Below are positions 26,672-32,000 of a DNA stretch of 32,000 bases, one piece after another. A program made the position numbers and the translations under genes. How positions within the stretch are numbered: position 1 is the stretch's first letter; every line of letters starts with the position of its first letter. The notes under the pieces were generated by a model. It had not been told where the DNA came from. It did not search any database and saw only the letters and a program-made list of their open reading frames with translations. Source of the stretch: Acaryochloris thomasi RCC1774 (GTDB lineage Bacteria; Cyanobacteriota; Cyanobacteriia; Thermosynechococcales; Thermosynechococcaceae); contig NZ_PQWO01000025.1 of the NCBI RefSeq assembly GCF_003231495.1, positions 22,320-54,319 on the forward strand. The letters run 5' to 3'.

Positions 26672-27658
26672 ATGAACCTAGTCAAAAAAATCCAGTATAT
26701 GAGCATTCAAAATCTTACCCTCCGTCAATTTAGGTTGCCTCAGACGGTTGCGATGGCCCTTGGCCTACCTTCGGTAATCGCAACTCTAACCACCCTCTTC
26801 AGCATCCTCGCACCGCAGATTGCCTCAGCCGAGACAGTTCTTGAAAAAGTTGAGCGTACCGGCACGCTAACCGCCGGAACGAATAAAAACGCACTGCCCT
26901 TTGCCTTTGCAGATGAACAGAGTCAGTTGCAGGGGTATTCCGTCGATATGCTCAAGCAGATCCAGGCCCAGTTGACGAAAAAACTTGGGAAAGAAGTGGA
27001 ACTGAAACTCATTGCCCTTGCCCCAGAAGATAGAATCCCAAAGCTGATTGCAGGTGAAGTCGATATTGTCTGTGATGCTAGCAGCTACACCTGGGAGCGT
27101 GAGCAGAAAATTGATTTTTCTGTAAGCTACGGTCTCACAGGGACTCGCCTACTGACCAAGAAAGGAGTCCAAGCATGGGAACCCGAGGCATTAGCAAATA
27201 AGAAAATTGCTGCCGTTGCTGGAACAACGAACGAAATTGCGATTCGCCGCGCTCAACCTCAAGCCCAGATCGTGGTTCTCAAAGATCACGCTGAGGGCTA
27301 TGAGGCATTGAAGCAAGGTACCGTGGATGCCTTTGCTGCTGATGGTATTCTGCTCGAAGGCTGGCTGCAAACGGCTGAAAATCCTGAAGAGTTCAATGTT
27401 GTCGGATACTTCTCCAGAGAAGGGATTGCCTGCATGGTACCCGAGAACAATTCTAAATTTGCTGATCAGGTGAACTACTCACTGGTGCGCTTCATGGAAG
27501 GGTACCTCAAAGGTAAAGAACCCTACGTCGCAACCTTTGATCGCTGGTTTGGTCCTGAGGCTAAAGTGCCTCTAACTCAAGATCTGCGCGCTTTAGTCTT
27601 AGAAACGATGCAGTTGGTGATCGACTTCAAAGAAGAAATTCCTGAAAGTGAACTTTAA
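26672..27658 (+). CDS. polar amino-acid ABC transporter substrate-binding protein (SBP_bac_3-like), secreted
   Basis: Signal peptide (...LAPQIASAE) followed by a type-II periplasmic binding protein pattern (GTLTAGTNKNALPFAF...GYSVDML...DIVCDASSYTWEREQKIDFS...). An alternative start is ATG 26699. No permease or ATPase gene is adjacent. Confidence 0.82.
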   Translation: MNLVKKIQYMSIQNLTLRQFRLPQTVAMALGLPSVIATLTTLFSILAPQIASAETVLEKVERTGTLTAGTNKNALPFAFADEQSQLQGYSVDMLKQIQAQLTKKLGKEVELKLIALAPEDRIPKLIAGEVDIVCDASSYTWEREQKIDFSVSYGLTGTRLLTKKGVQAWEPEALANKKIAAVAGTTNEIAIRRAQPQAQIVVLKDHAEGYEALKQGTVDAFAADGILLEGWLQTAENPEEFNVVGYFSREGIACMVPENNSKFADQVNYSLVRFMEGYLKGKEPYVATFDRWFGPEAKVPLTQDLRALVLETMQLVIDFKEEIPESEL

Positions 27659-27753
27659 GGTCGGGTTTCTCTCTCTATCACGGTCTAAGATTCCACAGGT
27701 GTATTCACACGATAGCTTTGCTCAGAGATGAGTTCATCAATTCCCTATGGCTT

Positions 27754-27772
27754 AAGGCTCACAACATCCTCA
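27754..27772 (+). promoter_or_regulatory. recurrent intergenic box, copy D (upstream of the acidic protein-hpf pair)
   Basis: AAGGCTCACAACATCCTCA is a 19-nt exact match to copy E and is followed by a similar ATTGTC..GATA. It ends 52 nt before ATG 27824. Confidence 0.4.
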
Positions 27773-27823
27773 GATTGTCTAGATAGCCTCAAGTTAAGGA
27801 GTCGTTATTGAGGTATAGGGACT

Positions 27824-28273
27824 ATGACAGACGCAACCTTTTTCAACTTAGGTAGAGTCTCTCCAAGACAACAGAGTACCGCTTCTCAGCAAGGCTCTGA
27901 GAGTCAAGAGATCCTATGGTCCGATTTAGGCAACTTAGACCATGCTGACTCATCCACTGAGGCCCTCGCCGATCAAGAAATGGGAGCTGCTCCAGCTTTG
28001 AAGCGGCTACAGAAAACAATGGCGAGTACTGAGCTTACCGGCGGTGATCCTGATGATGATGCCTATCAAGCCTCGGTTGTTGGCGAAGAAGCTGTGGGTG
28101 GTCAGACGCCTACACCCGATCAGAATGTCACCGAAGAGTTGCAAAAGGCTGTAGGGATTGCCTCTATTGAGGGTGAGACTGTCCGCACAGCAGCAAAGTT
28201 AGAGTGGCGAGATCGACATCCCTGGGGATTGAATCCCGAGTCTGCTGAAGATTATCGGGAGCGACTTGAGTAG
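27824..28273 (+). CDS. conserved acidic cyanobacterial protein (resembles the family annotated DUF6335)
   Basis: LTGGDPDDDAYQASVVGEEAVGGQTPTPDQNVTEELQKAVGI ... RDRHPWGLNPESAEDY matches a conserved cyanobacterial pattern I recall (GGD-D...GEEAVGG...TPDQ(N/D)V(V/T)(D/E)E). The family name is from memory. Confidence 0.65.
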   Translation: MTDATFFNLGRVSPRQQSTASQQGSESQEILWSDLGNLDHADSSTEALADQEMGAAPALKRLQKTMASTELTGGDPDDDAYQASVVGEEAVGGQTPTPDQNVTEELQKAVGIASIEGETVRTAAKLEWRDRHPWGLNPESAEDYRERLE

Positions 28274-28295
28274 ATACCTCAACAATAGGGCAGAT

Positions 28296-28303
28296 GCGAT
28301 CGC
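28296..28303. repeat. HIP1 octamer GCGATCGC
   Basis: Perfect match read directly. Confidence 0.95.
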
Positions 28304-28335
28304 AAACCAATAATTAGTGAGGAGGTCAATTTTAT

Positions 28336-28938
28336 ATGAGACTCGTTATTCAAGGCAAAAATCTGGACATCACTGATGCCATCCATGATTATGTGCAACA
28401 AAAAATAGGTAAGGCAATGATGCATTTTGAGCATCTAACCACTAAAACAGATGTCAAGCTATCTGTTCCAAGTCAATCTAGGAAGCAGCCTCGACAAAAT
28501 GCAGAGGTAACTGTTTTTGCGAATGGCACCGTTATTCGGGCAGAAGAGAACCATGAGAACCTCTATGCCAGTATTGACTTAGTCGCTGATAAGCTTTCTC
28601 GTCAGCTACAGAAGTATAAAGGTAAAAAAGCGCAATTCTCTAAATCAAAGCGGCAGGTAGATGAAAGTCACGATCACCCCCTTGTGCCCGAAGAATTGAC
28701 TCAGGAACGCGCTCCAGAACTGCCTCAGACAGTGGTCCGAAATAAGTTCTTTGCGATGCCGTCAATGACAGCACAGGACGCATTAGAAAACTTGCAGCTT
28801 GTTGATCATGATTTTTATGTGTTCCGCAATGAATCAACTGAAGAGATCAACGTAATCTATGAGCGCAATCATGGCGGCTATGGCATCATTCAGCCTCGTG
28901 AAGAGAATAAAGCTGATCAGTCGTCAGTCTCCCATTAA
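28336..28938 (+). CDS. hpf: ribosome hibernation promoting factor, long form (LrtA-like)
   Basis: MRLVIQGKNLDITDAIHDYVQQKIGK N-terminal RaiA/HPF domain, plus a C-terminal dimerisation domain (FFAMPSMTAQDALENLQLVDHDFYVFRNESTEEINVIYERNHGGYGIIQP). A GAGGAGG SD lies upstream. Confidence 0.92.
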   Translation: MRLVIQGKNLDITDAIHDYVQQKIGKAMMHFEHLTTKTDVKLSVPSQSRKQPRQNAEVTVFANGTVIRAEENHENLYASIDLVADKLSRQLQKYKGKKAQFSKSKRQVDESHDHPLVPEELTQERAPELPQTVVRNKFFAMPSMTAQDALENLQLVDHDFYVFRNESTEEINVIYERNHGGYGIIQPREENKADQSSVSH

Positions 28939-29024
28939 AATCCTTGATTCGCTTTCAGGCCGTCGTCTTTGTGCCTGAGGGGATTGAGCCAAACCGTAAC
29001 GTCTATTGTTTTGAGGGGTAAACC

Positions 29025-29315
29025 ATGTCTAAAGATAATGTGCTGAATTTTTTGTCCAAGGCTGCTGAAGATGAGCATCTGAAGGCAAAACTAGAGACAA
29101 CTGCGAGCCAAGATGAGGTGGTGGGGGTCGCCAACCAGGCAGGGTATGAGTTCTCTACAGAGCATGTGGACGAGATGCTCACAGAGCTGAAGCAGAAACC
29201 CGGATTTTTCGGGATGCTGTCAGAGGCCGTGGCTGAGCTATTTGGTCCGGTTCACGATGACTATCCGGCGACTGGCGTTCAGCCCTATGGCGGTGATTCC
29301 AACCCCAAGCCATGA
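29025..29315 (+). CDS. Nif11-like N-terminal domain protein with a C-terminal FGPxxDDYPxxGVQPYxGD motif
   Basis: MSKDNVLNFLSKAAEDEHLKAKLE...VVGVANQAGYEFSTEHV resembles the Nif11 / Nif11-type leader domain. The C-terminal motif (nt 29241-29297) recurs in the 58-aa ORF at 30706. Confidence 0.75.
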   Translation: MSKDNVLNFLSKAAEDEHLKAKLETTASQDEVVGVANQAGYEFSTEHVDEMLTELKQKPGFFGMLSEAVAELFGPVHDDYPATGVQPYGGDSNPKP

Positions 29316-29371
29316 ATATCGGGACAGTCCCCATCATTCTTCATATTGCTTAGAGCCTTTGATTTGTCTTG

Positions 29372-29755
29372 ATGCCTAAAACAGTTTTAGTTTGCCAGAA
29401 CACGACCTGTTACCAGCAAGGCTCTGCGAACGTGCTGACTGAGTTTCTATCCGGCGCTCCGTCTGGCATTACAGTGGAGTCTTCTGGTTGCTTGGGGCAG
29501 TGTGGGAGTGGTCCGATGGTACTCATTTTGCCGGAAGAGACATGGTATAGCCACGTCCAGCCCCGTGACGCGGCTGTGATTGCGGAGCAGCACCTCAACG
29601 CAGGACGGATCGTCACTAAAAAGCTGTATCCACTTTTTCATCCTCCGCGCAGGCCCATTGGAATGTGGCTAGCCGCTGGCAGTTTCTTGCTAGGTTTTTC
29701 TCTCTTACTGATTTGGATGCTAACGACTCATGCTGCTCTGCTGTCTAGGAATTAG
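29372..29755 (+). CDS. thioredoxin-like [2Fe-2S] ferredoxin domain protein with a C-terminal transmembrane anchor
   Basis: VLVCQNTTCYQQG (C-x4-C) and SGCLGQCGSGPMV (C-x3-C) give the same ligand pattern as NuoE/HoxE. The C-terminal hydrophobic helix is IGMWLAAGSFLLGFSLLLIWML. I use ATG 29372; the track start is TTG 29369. Confidence 0.8.
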   Translation: MPKTVLVCQNTTCYQQGSANVLTEFLSGAPSGITVESSGCLGQCGSGPMVLILPEETWYSHVQPRDAAVIAEQHLNAGRIVTKKLYPLFHPPRRPIGMWLAAGSFLLGFSLLLIWMLTTHAALLSRN

Positions 29756-29810
29756 GAGCTTAGGTTAGTCAATTTGATTTCAGCACCCTCTAATTATTTT
29801 GGGATTAGTT

Positions 29811-30257
29811 ATGCCACAACAACATCCGTTTTATTTGCTTTGGTCTGGCGCGATTAACTTGGGAGATACGCCTGGTGTGTTCAACAACGCACAATTTGCG
29901 GGCCTTCTAGTACAGATTCCAGTCACGCTATCTTTCATACCAGAGAATGATTTACCCGTTCGCTTTCTGCTGAAAACGTCTGACGTTGAAATATTCAATG
30001 ACAAAAAGCATCCCGTCTTTTGGGATTGGGAGCCGGGTACAGCGCTGCCCTCACCCGTTGGTTACGTTGATGATACGGATTTGATTCCAGAGCAGCCTGA
30101 ATTTCATGAGTTGTCTGTCCCGCATTCGGCTGCAGCCGTTGGTCCCCATACAATCACCCTTCAGGTCAATTCCGAGGTTTCAGCAGGTTTACGGGATGAT
30201 TTTGTGCTTGAGTGCATTGAGGCCCACGAAACCATCGGAGCAAAAATCGGATGGTAG
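29811..30257 (+). CDS. hypothetical protein (148 aa)
   Basis: Long ORF. ATG 29811 is preferred over the TTG at 29799. No recognisable motif. Confidence 0.55.
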   Translation: MPQQHPFYLLWSGAINLGDTPGVFNNAQFAGLLVQIPVTLSFIPENDLPVRFLLKTSDVEIFNDKKHPVFWDWEPGTALPSPVGYVDDTDLIPEQPEFHELSVPHSAAAVGPHTITLQVNSEVSAGLRDDFVLECIEAHETIGAKIGW

Positions 30258-30313
30258 AGGGTGCTCAATCAAATGTTTAAACAGAACGATGGGACTGGTT
30301 TAGGAACATAACC

Positions 30314-30571
30314 ATGGTGCAGCTTCCCGCAACAGCATATCCACCACATCGTCTCAGCCTCGATCTTGGGGTGATTATTTTTACTCGACTGGTCAGCCAT
30401 ACCTACGATCTGTCGTTAGAGAGTCGTGAGGGTCAATGCCAATTCATTGGACGCATTGAAGAGAGAAGCAACGACCTTTGGGCGGTTACTTTTATCGACT
30501 GCCAAGCCTGTATTCCTGAATATTTTGATGACTGGCAGCAAGCGACCTTATTTTTATCCCGAGTCTTATAG
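30314..30571 (+). CDS. hypothetical protein (85 aa)
   Basis: ORF with an ATG start, same strand as its neighbours. No recognisable motif. The overlapping ORF 30426-30635 is rejected. Confidence 0.45.
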   Translation: MVQLPATAYPPHRLSLDLGVIIFTRLVSHTYDLSLESREGQCQFIGRIEERSNDLWAVTFIDCQACIPEYFDDWQQATLFLSRVL

Positions 30572-30583
30572 AGTGAGGGTTTC

Positions 30584-30602
30584 AAGGCTCACAACATCCT
30601 CA
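30584..30602 (+). promoter_or_regulatory. recurrent intergenic box, copy E (upstream of the 58-aa ORF)
   Basis: AAGGCTCACAACATCCTCA, identical to copy D. It ends 104 nt before ATG 30706. Confidence 0.4.
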
Positions 30603-30705
30603 TATTGTCGATATAACGTTGAATTGAGGGGTTAGATTTCATACTCACCTGGAATAAACTCCTCACTCCCTTATCGGACACCTATTGTTTTGAAGATGAT
30701 CGGCC

Positions 30706-30882
30706 ATGACGACCCAAAGAGCGACACATTTCTCTGTTCAGTCTGTGGGCGAGGCGGCCCGACGTTTGCTGCAGTTTGTCGCCCAACCCGCGCTTCGCAT
30801 CTTCGGTCCCACCGACGACGACTATCCTGAGGTGGGCGTACAGCCCTACGAAGGAGACCCAGCCGATCAAGACATGACGTAG
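30706..30882 (+). CDS. small protein (58 aa) absent from the ORF track, paralogous to the C-terminus of the 29025 gene
   Basis: My translation is MTTQRATHFSVQSVGEAARRLLQFVAQPALRIFGPTDDDYPEVGVQPYEGDPADQDMT. It shares FGPxxDDYPxxGVQPYxGD with the 29025 protein. Most nucleotide differences at conserved residues are synonymous (ttt/ttc, ccg/ccc, gat/gac, ccg/cct, gtt/gta, tat/tac, ggt/gga, gat/gac). A shared 12-mer CTATTGTTTTGA lies 10-12 nt upstream of both ATGs. Confidence 0.7.
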   Translation: MTTQRATHFSVQSVGEAARRLLQFVAQPALRIFGPTDDDYPEVGVQPYEGDPADQDMT

Positions 30883-30886
30883 TAAA

Positions 30887-30907
30887 TTTTGAGTTTTGAG
30901 TTTTGAG
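30887..30907. repeat. three perfect tandem heptamers (TTTTGAG)x3 just after the stop of the 58-aa ORF
   Basis: Direct reading: ttttgag ttttgag ttttgag at 30887-30907. It is followed by an imperfect palindrome (TGAGTG..TTGATCAA..CACTCA). Confidence 0.9.
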
Positions 30908-30960
30908 TGAGTTGATCAATTCACCACTCATACCTTTCTCATTCCAAAGGTGGAAGTATT

Positions 30961-31863
30961 ATGGCCATAGCTCAAGATCGTCTTAAAGCCTATTTAGAGC
31001 TGATTCAAGTTTTACTAGCTTGCCCCTCGGGTGAAGAGTGGATTCTGTTAAGGCAGAATGAGCAATTTGTGAATGCAGAGTTCATTCAGGTGATGGAGCA
31101 AGTTGCGACTCAGATCGCGGCAGATGGTCACACCCAATCTGGAACGTTCCTGCATAATTTAGCGGCCCAACTACATCATATTTTGGTTAATGAGGTGACC
31201 CCGCCGCCCCCAAATGGTGGCCCCTCTCAGGTCTATCGAGAACTGATTCAATCGCTCATCGATCGCCCTGATGAGGCGGTCGATCTGTTGGCTGCCCACA
31301 ATGAACTGATTGGACCGGAGTTAGTCCATCAGCTTAAGCAAGAGGCAGCTCAGATGATGGGGCAAGGAGAGCAGGAAACGGCCCAGTTCTTAAAGACTCT
31401 GGCGGAAGAACTGAACCGAGCATGGCTTGAGGCTCATGCCTTTAAACCGCATAGTACGACCCACAAAGATAATCATAATCAGCCGGATAACCGCAAGGTG
31501 AAGCCGACTGTTGCAAACCCACGGTCTAAATCGGAGGAACCCCAACCCCCTGTGGCCCACACTGAGCAACCTCAGGGCCTAGAGGGGGTTGTCAATCAAC
31601 TAGGTGAGATTGCAACCTCCCTCGCCCAACTCAACGAACACCTAAAGGTTCAGCAGCAAGATCCGCTGTGGTATATGGACGCTCTAGAGAAAGCCGCCTC
31701 TTCTGATTGGCTGCTATCGACCACCGAAGTGGAACAACTGATCGGCGTCAAACCCCACTGCAAAGCAGACGGTATCTATCAACGGGGCCAATGGGTCTTT
31801 AACAAAGCAGGGAAGATTGGCACCCAAACCGCCTGGCAGGTGAGCAAGACCAGCATCAGCTAA
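30961..31863 (+). CDS. hypothetical protein (300 aa) with two N-terminal ~70-aa repeats and a Pro/Gln-rich linker
   Basis: Repeat 1 is YLELIQVLLACPSGEEWILLRQNEQFVNAEFIQVMEQVATQIAADG...FLHNLAAQL. Repeat 2 is YRELIQSLIDRPDEAVDLLAAHNELIGPELVHQLKQEAAQMMGQG...FLKTLAEEL. Such modules recall the N-termini of cyanobacterial CHAT/TPR proteins. Confidence 0.6.
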   Translation: MAIAQDRLKAYLELIQVLLACPSGEEWILLRQNEQFVNAEFIQVMEQVATQIAADGHTQSGTFLHNLAAQLHHILVNEVTPPPPNGGPSQVYRELIQSLIDRPDEAVDLLAAHNELIGPELVHQLKQEAAQMMGQGEQETAQFLKTLAEELNRAWLEAHAFKPHSTTHKDNHNQPDNRKVKPTVANPRSKSEEPQPPVAHTEQPQGLEGVVNQLGEIATSLAQLNEHLKVQQQDPLWYMDALEKAASSDWLLSTTEVEQLIGVKPHCKADGIYQRGQWVFNKAGKIGTQTAWQVSKTSIS

Positions 31864-31884
31864 CCAACCATACTGACCTTGTCT

Positions 31885-32000
31885 TGAAAAAGTGGACACT
31901 CCATTCGAAGAAATGATCTAGGAGAATGTCCACATGACACAGAAGAAACGCAGACTATTCACTGATGAACAAAAAGCAGAGGCAGTCCGTATTGTCGAGC
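31885..32000 (+). mobile_element. left end of a putative IS3-family insertion sequence (partial)
   Basis: The candidate IRL begins TGAAAAAGTGGACAC; a TG... start and a GTGGACAC-like core resemble IS3-family ends as I recall them. Transposase OrfA starts 49 nt downstream. The exact boundary is not verifiable without the right end. Confidence 0.35.
31934..32000 (+). CDS. IS3-family transposase OrfA (HTH_Tnp_1-like), 3'-truncated by the window edge
   Basis: MTQKKRRLFTDEQKAEAVRIVE fits the OrfA N-terminus pattern M-x-K-x-RR-x-F-x-x-E-x-K-x-E-AV-x-LV. GGAG lies upstream. Confidence 0.6.
   Translation, partial: MTQKKRRLFTDEQKAEAVRIVE

Noticed and set aside
29025-29315. Calling the Nif11-like protein a RiPP (lanthipeptide/NHLP-type) precursor
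   Set aside because: No double-glycine leader junction is evident. The putative core has only one Ser, one Thr and no Cys. No maturase, protease or exporter gene is in the window. The C-terminal motif also occurs on a leaderless paralog. I keep it only as a hypothesis to test.
30671-30931. Minus-strand ORFs of 86 aa (30671-30931) and 62 aa (30682-30870) reported by the ORF track
   Set aside because: Both are Arg/Pro-rich and low-complexity, with no motif. They lie antisense to the plus-strand 58-aa ORF, whose C-terminal motif is conserved with the 29025 protein through synonymous changes. The plus-strand reading is the better-supported one.

Overview
The window looks like cyanobacterial chromosome. 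It has 10 perfect HIP1 octamers (GCGATCGC) and several small protein families that I recall as cyanobacteria-restricted (DUF1830-, DUF1816- and DUF4278-like). Coding is dense and mostly on the plus strand.

Contents in order:
- A 5'-truncated HlyD-type adaptor, two unknown genes, and an orphan hypE.
- A complete N-type (Na+-type) F-ATPase operon in the order beta, epsilon, AtpQ, AtpR, a, c, b, alpha, gamma, with no delta gene. A CPA2-like cation:proton antiporter sits between atpQ and atpR, with ATGA stop/start overlaps on both sides.
- Three minus-strand small genes.
- A three-gene signalling block: an unusual REC-wHTH-HPt-pseudoREC-REC-degenerate-GGDEF protein, a PAS-GAF-PAS-PAS histidine kinase, and a CheY-like receiver.
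- ppsA, followed by five tandem universal stress protein paralogs. The last one overlaps the start of hoxE-hoxF (hydrogenase diaphorase genes only; no hoxUYH in the window).
- A solute-binding protein, a conserved acidic protein, and a long-form HPF (LrtA-like).
- A cluster of small or unknown genes that includes a Nif11-like protein and a membrane-anchored thioredoxin-like [2Fe-2S] ferredoxin.
- The start of an IS3-family element at the right edge.

Main second-look items:
- The antiporter embedded in the N-ATPase operon.
- The usp x5-hoxEF coupling.
- A 58-aa ORF missing from the ORF track. Its C-terminal motif FGPxxDDYPxxGVQPYxGD and its 5' leader are both shared with the Nif11-like gene.
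- A 15-27 nt box that recurs upstream of at least six operon-leading genes.
- A heptamer (TTTTGAG/CTCAAAA) repeat family that forms post-stop hairpins and also sits in-frame inside hoxF.

All family assignments come from reading motifs by eye. No database search was run.
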